From Parcubacteria group bacterium Gr01-1014_8 (lineage in GTDB: Bacteria > Patescibacteriota > Minisyncoccia > Phycocordibacterales > UBA2100): DNA of 64,000 bases. Location: positions 128,001 through 192,000 of the forward strand of contig VMGC01000001.1 in the NCBI GenBank assembly GCA_007376385.1, in the 5' to 3' direction. The translations under genes were made by a program, and so were the position numbers. The notes beneath the pieces were generated by a model, which was given only the letters and a program-made list of their open reading frames with translations, had not been told where the DNA came from and searched no databases. Positions 18,420-26,807 of this stretch are shown here, piece by piece (positions within the stretch are counted from its first letter, which is position 1; each line of letters begins with the position of its first letter).

Positions 18420-18752
18420 ATGGATGCCATACAGTACGAGGATTTTGCAAAGTTGGATATTAGAGTAGGAACGATACTTGCCGCAGAACGCGTCCCGGAG
18501 ACCGACAAACTTATTAAGTGCACCGTCGATCTCGGAGAGTTGGGCCAAAGAACGATCGTTTCCGGCATCGCACAATTTCGAACACCCGAACAATTGGTCG
18601 GCAAACAGTGTCCGTACATCGTGAATTTAGCGCCTAAAACTTTGCGGGGCATTGAAAGTGAGGGGATGCTGCTGGCGGCTGCGCCTGAAGGGATCGGTCT
18701 TGCACTTTTGCATCCTGATGTTCAGCTTCCTCCCGGCACGAAACTTCGATAG
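18420..18752 (+). CDS. tRNA-binding protein (CsaA/Trbp111/EMAP-II-like OB fold).
   Basis: LDIRVGTILAAERVPETDKLIKCTVDLGE...RTIVSGI is the characteristic tRNA-binding OB-fold sequence. Confidence 0.75.
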   Translation: MDAIQYEDFAKLDIRVGTILAAERVPETDKLIKCTVDLGELGQRTIVSGIAQFRTPEQLVGKQCPYIVNLAPKTLRGIESEGMLLAAAPEGIGLALLHPDVQLPPGTKLR

Positions 18753-18810
18753 AAAAAATACTGGGGATGAGAATATTTTGCGTGAGATGCGGCAGGTTAT
18801 AATCCACGGT

Positions 18811-19905
18811 ATGAATCTTACGCGCGGCCTAGCGCGGTGGTTCCCGACGCCCTCTCTTTTGGCACCACGCGCAGCAGGCATCGACATCACCGACGGTTCG
18901 ATCAAATGGGTCACGCTGGCCAAAATTCGCGGTGCGACGCGCGTTGCGTCGTATGGCTACGAGACGCTCTCGCCTGGCATTGTCGTGAACGGCGCAGTGC
19001 GCGACGTCAAAGCGCTCGCGTCGGCGCTTTCTGGGCTTAAAAAGAAGCTTGGTGCATCGCACGCGCACGCCGCACTTCCAGAAGAAGGTGCGTATGTTTT
19101 TAGCATGAGTGCAGCGGAGGGGTCCTCAAGGCGAGACATACGGAGCACTATCGAGTTTGAGCTCGAGGGACGGGTGCCGATTCCTATTTCGCAAGCAGTG
19201 TACGATTACGACCATATAGAAGATCATCATGATGGAAGCGGATCAGAAATTGCAGTTGCAGTTTTTCCGCGAGAACTTGCAGACGGGTATGCTGCCGCCT
19301 TTGAAGGAGCGGGCATCCACTTATCCTCGCTTGAAATAGAGGCGCGCTCCATCGGGCGGGCTATATCGGAAGGTGCAGGAGAACCGATAACGATGCTTGT
19401 TGACGCAGGCAAGGCGCGTACCGGCATTTCAATCCTTAAGCGAGGCATTCCGATCTTTACCTCTACTGTTGAAGTTGGTGGGGGAAACATGTCGGAAGTG
19501 ATCATGCAGACCCTCGCACTTTCCGAACCGGACGCAGAGAAATTCAAAAATGAGCAGGGTCTTATTGTGACAGACAAAAATAATGCAAAAGGTGCGGAAG
19601 CACTGGAGAAGATAGCTGCCGCGCTCGCGGCAGAAGTGGTTCGTCACTACCATTTTTGGGATACTCGCCGCAACGAACATGGAGAGAGGGTCACACCCAT
19701 CGAGCAAGTATTACTGGTCGGCGGGAGTGCGAACCTCAAAGGCATTACCGATTACATCGCGGGAAAGGTGCAAGCACCGACAGACCGCCCCAATGTGTGG
19801 CGTAACGTGTGTTCGTTTGATGACTATATTCCGCCGATAGATAGACGCGTATCTCTGCAATATGCGACATCCATCGGGCTCGCGCTTCGCGGTGTATCTG
19901 TATGA
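18811..19905 (+). CDS. pilM: Type IV pilus assembly protein PilM (actin-like ATPase).
   Basis: AGIDITDGSIKWVTL fits the PilM N-terminal motif. An actin/FtsA-like fold continues through LLVGGSANLKGITDYI. The track ORF at 18652 overlaps the previous gene; start ATGs at 18787 or 18811 are more likely. Confidence 0.75.
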   Translation: MNLTRGLARWFPTPSLLAPRAAGIDITDGSIKWVTLAKIRGATRVASYGYETLSPGIVVNGAVRDVKALASALSGLKKKLGASHAHAALPEEGAYVFSMSAAEGSSRRDIRSTIEFELEGRVPIPISQAVYDYDHIEDHHDGSGSEIAVAVFPRELADGYAAAFEGAGIHLSSLEIEARSIGRAISEGAGEPITMLVDAGKARTGISILKRGIPIFTSTVEVGGGNMSEVIMQTLALSEPDAEKFKNEQGLIVTDKNNAKGAEALEKIAAALAAEVVRHYHFWDTRRNEHGERVTPIEQVLLVGGSANLKGITDYIAGKVQAPTDRPNVWRNVCSFDDYIPPIDRRVSLQYATSIGLALRGVSV

Positions 19906-20432
19906 GTAACATTCTCCCTCCAGAAGCACTTGCTCGCATTCGCTCCAGTCTGTGGGTGAAGTTTATCCTTGCAACAGGCCTCGTTCTCTCCGGCGCCGCG
20001 GTTGCGGGCATCATTTCGCTCATGCCGGCGTTCTTTCTGGTTTATTTTCCTCACGTTGCGCCGGCCGAAGGACCGGCGAGCAGTACCGAAAATGAAACGC
20101 AACGGCGGGCAGACCAAGATACTGCGATGCGTATTCGGACGTTACTTACGGAAGTTACCGTCATCACTGACAAAAAAGTATCGCCGGTTGAAATGATTGC
20201 TGAAGCATATGCGCTTAAACCCGCGGGGGTGACTGTCGGCGGCGCAACGTACACCAAAGGTACGCCAAATACGATCACTCTCGTCGGCGTAGCAAAAACC
20301 AGGGATGATGTAGGGGCGTTTCGAGACGTTCTCGCGAAGGATGCACGTTTCGAGAAGGTTTCTGTTCCTGTTGCGGCCCTTGTCGGTGCGCTTGAAGGAA
20401 ATTTCACGATAACGATATCAGGACAATTTTGA
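19902..20432 (+). CDS. pilN: Type IV pilus assembly protein PilN-like.
   Basis: MSNILPPEA fits the PilN INLLP motif. A single TM segment follows. The start overlaps the pilM stop by 4 nt. Confidence 0.6.
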   Translation: MSNILPPEALARIRSSLWVKFILATGLVLSGAAVAGIISLMPAFFLVYFPHVAPAEGPASSTENETQRRADQDTAMRIRTLLTEVTVITDKKVSPVEMIAEAYALKPAGVTVGGATYTKGTPNTITLVGVAKTRDDVGAFRDVLAKDARFEKVSVPVAALVGALEGNFTITISGQF

Positions 20433-20433
20433 T

Positions 20434-20997
20434 ATGAGCAAACTATTCACATTGGCTTCGTGGGGGTCGTTTCTGCTCGCTATTTTGTTGTGGGCGGGAT
20501 ACGGTTATTTGATCATCAAGCTCGCGGACGAACGGACGCTGTTCTCTGCAACTGAAGTGGAAGCTATCCAAAGCGCGGAACGTAACGCCGCCTCGTCACG
20601 ACTCCACTCACTTATTCGCGATGTAAAATCGGAGCAGGAGCTCCTCGAAGAACTTGCGCGCACTGATGTCTTAACTGCAGTAAAGACGATAGAAGCGGCG
20701 GGAAAATCCGCTGGGGCAAAAGTTACGGTGAGTAATGCGACAGCGTCGCAGCTTGTGAACAAGGCGAACTCGCAATCGGTGAAGGACTTGCGCTCAGTTA
20801 CCGTTACGGTGAATGGAGAAGGTTCGTTTCAATCTTTGATCCGCGCCGCCAAACTTCTTGAAGCGCTTCCCTTTATTGCCTCGGTGCAGAATTTGCAGTT
20901 CGAGGAACTTCCGCTCTCTGCTGACGGTAAAAGAAGGGGAGATGCATGGCGCATGTCGGTCGGCATGCGCATTATTACGACGTCACCCGGCATATGA
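20434..20997 (+). CDS. pilO: Type IV pilus assembly protein PilO-like.
   Basis: An N-terminal TM segment and a coiled-coil/periplasmic domain are present. The gene sits directly after pilN. Confidence 0.5.
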   Translation: MSKLFTLASWGSFLLAILLWAGYGYLIIKLADERTLFSATEVEAIQSAERNAASSRLHSLIRDVKSEQELLEELARTDVLTAVKTIEAAGKSAGAKVTVSNATASQLVNKANSQSVKDLRSVTVTVNGEGSFQSLIRAAKLLEALPFIASVQNLQFEELPLSADGKRRGDAWRMSVGMRIITTSPGI

Positions 20998-21290
20998 GAG
21001 ATATTCATGTGAAATCATTGCGGGAGACGTACAGGCTTGCGCATGAACCAGAAAGCATGCGACGTCTCGCCGATGTGTATTGGCTGTTCATCGTCTGTAT
21101 AGGTACGCTTGCTATGCTTGGCAGCGTAGGGTACGGCATGTGGTTGCTCTTCGTGCCGCCGAGCCGGGAAGTGTCAGAAGCGGTTGTTGGCAGCGGTCGC
21201 ACATCCGGGTTTGATAAAGCGGAACTGCAAAAAGCTGTTCAGGAATTGCAGAAGCGGCAAGATGAGTTCAATGCGATGATGACAAACTAG
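20994..21290 (+). CDS. Small single-TM protein translationally coupled to pilO; hypothetical.
   Basis: An ATGA start/stop overlap lies at 20994-20997. The product MRDIHVKSL...YWLFIVCIGTLAMLGSVGYGMWLLF has a coiled C-terminus. Confidence 0.4.
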   Translation: MRDIHVKSLRETYRLAHEPESMRRLADVYWLFIVCIGTLAMLGSVGYGMWLLFVPPSREVSEAVVGSGRTSGFDKAELQKAVQELQKRQDEFNAMMTN

Positions 21291-21318
21291 GGTTAGAATT
21301 GAGTGTTATAATCCTCGG

Positions 21319-21627
21319 ATGCCATACAAATATCGAAAAGATTTGTACGCTGCTCAAAAGAGGCATCGTATACGAGTACGAGAAAAACTGCTCGGATTTC
21401 TTAGTACGAAACAGTGCATCGATTGCGGCGAGAAAGATCCAATTGTTTTGGATTTTGATCATATTGATAGAGCGAGTAAATCCAGAAATGTTGCGGGATT
21501 TTTATCGGGGCATTGGTCTTGGGAGTCTGTTCTAACAGAGATTCGTAAATGCGAAATCAGATGCGCCAATTGTCACCGGCGAAAAACCTATCATCAATTC
21601 GGTTCTTTTGGTAGAACTATCAAGTAG
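21319..21627 (+). CDS. HNH homing endonuclease, small and free-standing.
   Basis: CIDCGEKD...LDFDHIDRASKSRN...CANCHRRK is the HNH zinc-finger nuclease motif. The region is AT-rich. The stop abuts tRNA-Arg at 21627. Confidence 0.75.
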   Translation: MPYKYRKDLYAAQKRHRIRVREKLLGFLSTKQCIDCGEKDPIVLDFDHIDRASKSRNVAGFLSGHWSWESVLTEIRKCEIRCANCHRRKTYHQFGSFGRTIK

Positions 21628-21698
21628 CCCCCGTAGTTTAATGGATAAAACAGCGGACTTCTAAGCCGTTGATCGAGGTTCGATTCCTCGCGGGGGCA
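21627..21698 (+). tRNA. tRNA-Arg, anticodon TCT.
   Basis: The acceptor is GCCCCCG/CGGGGGC and the D-arm is GTTT-AATGGATA-AAAC. The anticodon loop is CTTCTAA. The T-arm is CGAGG-TTCGATT-CCTCG with discriminator A. Confidence 0.8.
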
Positions 21699-21720
21699 AA
21701 AAAATGTATAGTAGGAGTTC

Positions 21721-21793
21721 GGGCGGTTAGCTCAGTTGGTAGAGCAACCCCTTTACACGGGGAAGGTCACAGGTTCGAGTCCTGTATCGCCCA
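21721..21793 (+). tRNA. tRNA-Val, anticodon TAC.
   Basis: The acceptor is GGGCGGT/ATCGCCC and the D-arm is GCTC-AGTTGGTA-GAGC. The anticodon stem-loop is ACCCC-TTTACAC-GGGGA. The T-arm is ACAGG-TTCGAGT-CCTGT with discriminator A. Confidence 0.85.
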
Positions 21794-21960
21794 CAAAATA
21801 GTAAACTATTTTGTGGCGGTAAGTGCGCAAACTGATTTGCGCACGTCAGGACGAGAACGCCGGAGCGATGTCGCGCGAGGACGCGCGACCGCGAGGCGGT
21901 GCCCAGACCGAGGCGAGCGGCGGCGAGCGGAGAGTCGCGGGAGAGTCCTGTATCGCCCAC
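21794..21960 (+). repeat. tRNA-3'-linked conserved element, copy 2 (E2). It ends in an 18-nt duplicate of tRNA-Val positions 57-74.
   Basis: GAGTCCTGTATCGCCCAC occurs at 21777-21794 and again at 21943-21960. The element carries core motifs identical to E1: ACGCCGGAGCGATGT at 21857-21871, ACCGCGAGGCGGTGCCCAGAC at 21888-21908 and AGTCGCGGGAGA at 21933-21944. Confidence 0.6.
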
Positions 21961-22004
21961 TCTGGTTTGATAATGGTCCAGCGGTGTGTTACAGTCCTGG
22001 CCGT

Positions 22005-22451
22005 ATGGTTGCTAATAAAGTCGTTGTTTCTCCAGTCGACATGACCGCGCGAAAGGCGCTTGACGTGCGTCCGGGTGATACCGTGCGCGTGTTCCAAAAG
22101 ATAGAGGAGGAAAAGGGGAAGTACCGTCTTCAAGCGTTTGAAGGGTTGGTGTTGGCGCGAAAACACGGCACTGAAGCTGGCGCGACGTTCACTGTGCGAA
22201 AAGTGACAAGCGGTGTCGGTGTTGAAAAGATATTTCCGCTCTATTCTCCAATGATAGATAAAGTCGAGATAGTAAAGCGTGCTCGAGTGCGCCGTGCGAA
22301 GCTCTATTATATTCGAGACAAAGTTGCTCGCGAAGCGCGCCGACAACTTCGCCGCGCGAAAGTCGTGGTCCCGTTGCAAGGCGAAGTGGTTCTCGACGAT
22401 GCGGCCGAACCTGTCGCTGAAGAAGTTGGAACTCCAGAGAAAAGTGAGTAA
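22005..22451 (+). CDS. rplS: 50S ribosomal protein L19.
   Basis: VRPGDTVRVFQKIEEEKGKYRLQAFEGLVLARKHG...FTVRKVTSGVGVEKIFPLYSP is the L19 signature. The track ORF 21669..22451 has a spurious N-terminal extension across tRNA-Val. The real start is the ATG at 22005 (MVANKVVV). Confidence 0.85.
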   Translation: MVANKVVVSPVDMTARKALDVRPGDTVRVFQKIEEEKGKYRLQAFEGLVLARKHGTEAGATFTVRKVTSGVGVEKIFPLYSPMIDKVEIVKRARVRRAKLYYIRDKVAREARRQLRRAKVVVPLQGEVVLDDAAEPVAEEVGTPEKSE

Positions 22452-22521
22452 TCAGGGGGCCTCTTTTTATTTGTCCACAACTGGTAGACGCTATATACTT
22501 GAGTTATGTTATATTTGTGCG

Positions 22522-23199
22522 ATGGGGAAGCGAGGACCCAAGCCTGGATTCAAAATTACACGTCGTGTCTCAGAGAAATGGACGCCGGAATTAGCATATG
22601 CGATCGGGCTTCTTGCGACAGACGGTTGTCTTGCGCGGCACCAGTCGCTAATTGATCTGACGTCAAAAGATCAGGAGCAATTGAAGAATTTCTCAAAGTG
22701 TATTGGAATTCCACTTTTCATCGGCACGAAATTTGGTAGTCACCATAAGGGCGTATATTACAGAGTTCAATTTAAGAATCTCATCTTCTATAACTTTCTC
22801 CTCTCCGTTGGTCTGACGCCGGCAAAATCGAAAACGATGGGAGCGCTTGGGGTTCCGAAAGAATATTTCTGGGACTTTCTTCGCGGATCTTACGATGGTG
22901 ATGGATGTTCATATTCATATTGGGATCCACGATGGAAATCGAGTTTTATGTTTTACACGAGTTTTGTTTCCGCGAGTCGAGAGCATATTGATTGGTTGCA
23001 AAAAGAGATTTTTGCGCGGCTCAAAATCACTGGGCACATCACGCAGGCTAAAAGAAATATCTTGTACCAACTTAAGTACGCAAAAAGTGATTCCCTGAAG
23101 TTACTGAAAAAAATGTATCACTCGAGTAAAGTTATTTGTCTTTCGCGAAAAAGATTGAAAATAGAGCGAATTTTGAGTACAGTTAGCGAGAAGCTGTAA
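22522..23199 (+). CDS. LAGLIDADG homing endonuclease, double-motif and free-standing.
   Basis: Two LAGLIDADG motifs are present: YAIGLLATDGCL and FLRGSYDGDGCS. The region is AT-rich. The gene ends 10 nt before tRNA-Leu. Confidence 0.75.
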   Translation: MGKRGPKPGFKITRRVSEKWTPELAYAIGLLATDGCLARHQSLIDLTSKDQEQLKNFSKCIGIPLFIGTKFGSHHKGVYYRVQFKNLIFYNFLLSVGLTPAKSKTMGALGVPKEYFWDFLRGSYDGDGCSYSYWDPRWKSSFMFYTSFVSASREHIDWLQKEIFARLKITGHITQAKRNILYQLKYAKSDSLKLLKKMYHSSKVICLSRKRLKIERILSTVSEKL

Positions 23200-23208
23200 A
23201 GCTTTGAT

Positions 23209-23293
23209 GCGCAGGTGGCGAAATTTGGTACACGCACTACCTTGAGGTGGTAGCGCCCTAACGGGCATGGGAGTTCGAGTCTCCCCCTGCGCA
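23209..23293 (+). tRNA. tRNA-Leu, anticodon GAG.
   Basis: The acceptor is GCGCAGG/CCTGCGC and the anticodon stem-loop is CTACC-TTGAGGT-GGTAG. There is a long variable arm. The T-arm is GGGAG-TTCGAGT-CTCCC with discriminator A. Confidence 0.85.
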
Positions 23294-23476
23294 CAGAATT
23301 GGACTCTTTGAGTATTTTTCTCGAATCTGTCGTTGTTTTGCGGCGTTTTTTGGCGGTTCTAACATCGTCTAATCCACAGGAGGTTGAAAATTGCAACTTT
23401 TTGAAAATAGCCCCAACTATAAAAGTGTTTGGGCGGTTCTAACTGTCTTGGCAGATTTCCTATAAGATATCTAAGT

Positions 23477-24301
23477 ATGGGGTTCTTTGTTGTTGGTCTA
23501 ATTCTTGTGGCAGGGTCATGGTTTTTGGCATGGACGCAGATATCTCCTATCGCGGTGTATCATTTCCCGCCTTTGTGGCTTGGCTACATTCTCACTGTAA
23601 ATGGACTATGCGAATTGTTGTTTAAGGACTCCACAATTCGGCGAATGGGGCGGGGATTTCTTCTGCTGTTCATTTTTTCTATCCCACTATGGTGGTTTTT
23701 TGAATATCTAAATACCATTGTCCAAAACTGGTATTATGTATTTCCTCAGGACTGGTCGCAACCAACTCAGATTTTCTTGAAAACTATTAGTTTCTCAACT
23801 GTTATTCCCGCCGCATATTCGAGCGCCTTTTTTGTCTACCAGCTTTTAAAAAATACATTGAGTGCTTGGAGTACCCGCATCTTGCTCAATCGATCTTTAA
23901 TTTTTGGAATGGGCATTTTTACTTTTCTGCTTATAGTTTTGTATCCAAAATTGTTCTTTCCGCTTGTTTGGATTGCGCCATTACTGATGCTTGAAGCCTT
24001 TAACAGCCGGTTTGGATTTTACTCTCTACTGGACGAGCTTAAAGAAGGTAAATGGTCTATGATTGTCGCATTTTCTCTAGGCACTCTACTAACGGGTTTC
24101 TTTTGGGAAATGTGGAACTTCTACGCATTTCCAAAATGGTATTACACAATTCCACTTTTCGATTTTTGGAGGGTCTTTGAAATGCCAATACTCGGGTATG
24201 GCGGATACCTGCCGTTTGGGCTTTTTGTTTTTACCTTTTCAGCCACGGCCGCTGGTTTACTGCGAAAAATTGGAGTTCAGTCGATAATCCCGCGGTTCTA
24301 A
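23477..24301 (+). CDS. Polytopic aromatic-rich membrane protein; hypothetical.
   Basis: About 8 predicted TM helices are very rich in F/W/Y (FWEMWNFYAFPKWYYTIPLFDFW). The region is AT-rich. The stop overlaps a GCGGTTCTAAC motif. Confidence 0.5.
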   Translation: MGFFVVGLILVAGSWFLAWTQISPIAVYHFPPLWLGYILTVNGLCELLFKDSTIRRMGRGFLLLFIFSIPLWWFFEYLNTIVQNWYYVFPQDWSQPTQIFLKTISFSTVIPAAYSSAFFVYQLLKNTLSAWSTRILLNRSLIFGMGIFTFLLIVLYPKLFFPLVWIAPLLMLEAFNSRFGFYSLLDELKEGKWSMIVAFSLGTLLTGFFWEMWNFYAFPKWYYTIPLFDFWRVFEMPILGYGGYLPFGLFVFTFSATAAGLLRKIGVQSIIPRF

Positions 24302-24334
24302 CTTCGCTCATGATGATATGTTACACTGTGAGCT

Positions 24335-24544
24335 ATGAAAGTTGAATTTGAAAAAGAGACGGATGGTCGCTGGATCGCAGAAATACCGGAGTTGCCAGGA
24401 GTTATGGCGTATGGCAAGACAAAACAGGAAGCTCAGCGAAAAGTGTATGCCGTGGCTTTACGCACCCTCGCCGATACGGTAGAGCGTGGCACTACTCCGG
24501 CACCTGTCTCTCGAATCTTCAAGTATGGAATGGCCAGCCGTTAA
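24335..24544 (+). CDS. hicB: HicB-family antitoxin (UPF0150/RNase H-like fold).
   Basis: MKVEFEKETDGRWIAEIPELPGVMAYGKTKQEAQRKVYAVAL matches the HicB N-terminal domain. It overlaps the hicA start by about 20 nt. Confidence 0.6.
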   Translation: MKVEFEKETDGRWIAEIPELPGVMAYGKTKQEAQRKVYAVALRTLADTVERGTTPAPVSRIFKYGMASR

Positions 24545-24734
24545 GGCTTCGAAGGTTCTTAAGGCGCTTATTAATCTCGGCTGGAACATCAAGCGACAGA
24601 AAGGCTCACATCGGATTTTAGGAAAGTCGGGCTGGAAAGATATTACGTTTGCTTTTCATGATAGAGAAGAAATAGGGCCGCGTATGCTCGCCCGTATTGC
24701 AAAACATACTGACTTAACACCGGAAGATTTATAA
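24525..24734 (+). CDS. hicA: HicA-family mRNA interferase toxin.
   Basis: KASKVLKALINLGWNIKRQKGSHRILGKSGW matches the HicA/YcfA dsRBD-like motif (xxLxxxGWxxxRQKGSH). Confidence 0.7.
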   Translation: MEWPAVKASKVLKALINLGWNIKRQKGSHRILGKSGWKDITFAFHDREEIGPRMLARIAKHTDLTPEDL

Positions 24735-25002
24735 AACGTTTACAACTTACTCAAAAGTCTGCACATTGGTGATTTCTCACTTCGTTCATTAATCCGCACC
24801 AAATGTAACTTGTTCGGAAATGACTGCTCCGCGCGGCGGCTTCCTTAGTTCCGTTCAAAGTAGGTTCGCGCAAAGTGTATAATTACAGCACAAAAAGATA
24901 AGCGTTGCCGTCGTTTGCTATGATTGCGTCATGGCACTCTTTACCCCGGTTAGATAGCTTCGCATCTAATGGGGCAGGCGGGGGAAAGGGTTTTACATTT
25001 TT

Positions 25003-25560
25003 ATGGCGTTATTTACCGGCAAAGGCGATCAGGGCACAACGAAACTCTTTGATACGCAATCTGGTGCGCGGGTGTCGAAAGCGTCGCCAATTTTTGAGAC
25101 GTTGGGGATGCTCGATGAGTTGAACACGCTGGTCGGGTGGTGCAAGGTAGCCGTCCCTGACGATTTTGTTGTGCAGGGACGTACGGTGAAAGAGAGGCTA
25201 CACGAAGTACAGGATTTTTTGTTCACGATACAGGCGGAAGTTGCCGGCGCTGGGAAATTTGTCCCGCAAGAAAGTGTTGATGCGCTAAGCATGTTTATCA
25301 ACGAGATTGAAAAAGAATTGCCTCCTATCAAAACCTTTTTAGTTCCCGGCGGGACGGAATTATCTGCGCGGTTTGATGTAACACGTGCAGTGTCGCGCAG
25401 AGCGGAGAGGCGGCTGGTGAATGTCCACGAATCAGGCGAGAGAACTGTTTCAGGATCAAGTCGCGCATATGCAAACAGGCTTTCCTCTTTATTCTATGCG
25501 CTTACGAGACTTACAAATCATCGAGCGGGCGTCAGCGAAAGTCCTCCACATTACAAATGA
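25003..25560 (+). CDS. ATP:cob(I)alamin adenosyltransferase, PduO/MMAB type.
   Basis: MALFTGKGDQGTTKLFDTQSGARVSKASPIFETLGMLDELNTLVGW is the PduO-type N-terminal signature. Confidence 0.75.
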   Translation: MALFTGKGDQGTTKLFDTQSGARVSKASPIFETLGMLDELNTLVGWCKVAVPDDFVVQGRTVKERLHEVQDFLFTIQAEVAGAGKFVPQESVDALSMFINEIEKELPPIKTFLVPGGTELSARFDVTRAVSRRAERRLVNVHESGERTVSGSSRAYANRLSSLFYALTRLTNHRAGVSESPPHYK

Positions 25561-26654
25561 TACGACGCTATCTACCAAGAAGTACGGAAGAACTCATATC
25601 GTGGTACGAACGATATATTTCGCCATTTTCTCTCTTGGTGGGATTCACCATAGATAATCTTGCGATACGTCAAATAGATCTGTGGCTCTCAAGTTTGGTG
25701 CTCGCAGGGTATCTTTCGCTTGCTGCTATCGGGACCATACTCATCAATCTTGTTGGATCGGGGAGATTGCGGCATCAAGTCGCTCTTACTGTCGCTCCAT
25801 TTATTCCAGTCGTTGTGCAATTCGCTTTCGGAGGGCTCTTTAGTGGTTTTGTGATCCTCTACTCACGCAGTGCAGCGATCGCAGTAAGCTGGGTCTTCGT
25901 AGTTCTTCTTGCAGCACTGCTCTTAGGGAACGAGCGTTTTCGCACATTTTATACCCGCTTTCCTTTCCAAATAGGGATCCTCTTTTTCGGCTTGCTCTCG
26001 TTCATGATATTTTATGTGCCGTTCATCACGAAAACGATAGGTCCGTGGATGTTTGTCATCAGTGGTGCGGTCAGCGTTACGCTGATAGCACTCTATTTAT
26101 ACATATCCTCGTTTTATATCCGCGAGCTTGTAAAAGAGACACGCACTACGGTTGCACGGACGATAGCCGGCATATTCTTTTTCATCATGATCCTTTATTT
26201 TCTCGGCGCTATTCCGCCGCTCCCTCTCTCCCTTCGAGATGTTGGCGTGCTCCACTCGATCCAGAGGACAGGCGATACATATGCAGTCACGTATGAATCC
26301 AGAACATGGTACGAAATGTATTTTCGTTACAAACAGGTGTACCATCTTGCGCCCGGCGAGGTTGTGTACGTGTACACCGCTATTTTTGCACCCAGTGGTA
26401 TATCTACCGGCATCGTCCATGAGTGGCAGAAATACGATGCGCTGAAGGGCAGTTGGGTCACTGAACATGTGCTCACCTTTCCAATACAGGGTGGTCGTGA
26501 AGGGGGTTACCGTGGGTACTCTCTAAAACGGGATGTAAGCCCGGGGGAATGGCGTGTGAATGTGATGACGGACTATGGGCAGCTGATCGGCCGTGTTGGG
26601 TTCCGAGTCGAAAAGGTTGATGCTCCCGTGGCTCTACAGAGCGATAAGTTCTAA
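25557..26654 (+). CDS. Membrane protein with a C-terminal extracytoplasmic domain; hypothetical.
   Basis: About 7 TM helices are followed by a soluble C-terminus. No catalytic motif is present. Confidence 0.5.
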   Translation: MIRRYLPRSTEELISWYERYISPFSLLVGFTIDNLAIRQIDLWLSSLVLAGYLSLAAIGTILINLVGSGRLRHQVALTVAPFIPVVVQFAFGGLFSGFVILYSRSAAIAVSWVFVVLLAALLLGNERFRTFYTRFPFQIGILFFGLLSFMIFYVPFITKTIGPWMFVISGAVSVTLIALYLYISSFYIRELVKETRTTVARTIAGIFFFIMILYFLGAIPPLPLSLRDVGVLHSIQRTGDTYAVTYESRTWYEMYFRYKQVYHLAPGEVVYVYTAIFAPSGISTGIVHEWQKYDALKGSWVTEHVLTFPIQGGREGGYRGYSLKRDVSPGEWRVNVMTDYGQLIGRVGFRVEKVDAPVALQSDKF

Positions 26655-26807
26655 CCCCCTCCTGTACACCTGCATATCTTGACGCTGTTGTAGGGGGGTT
26701 CACAATCAATCCAGGTCGACGTATTGGAGCGGCAGTAGATTGCACATGTTGCGATTCCGAATTCCAATATTGGTTACATTTTAATAACATAAAGACATAT
26801 AACCAGT

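Noticed and set aside
18652-18810. 5' extension of the pilM ORF (MKVRGCCWRLRLKGSV...).
   Set aside because: It overlaps the 3' end of the upstream CsaA-like gene in another frame. The PilM homology starts near the ATG at 18787/18811.
21669-22004. N-terminal 112 codons of track ORF 21669..22451 (rplS).
   Set aside because: The extension starts at a TTG inside tRNA-Arg, crosses tRNA-Val and E2, and is not L19-like. L19 homology begins at the ATG at 22005.
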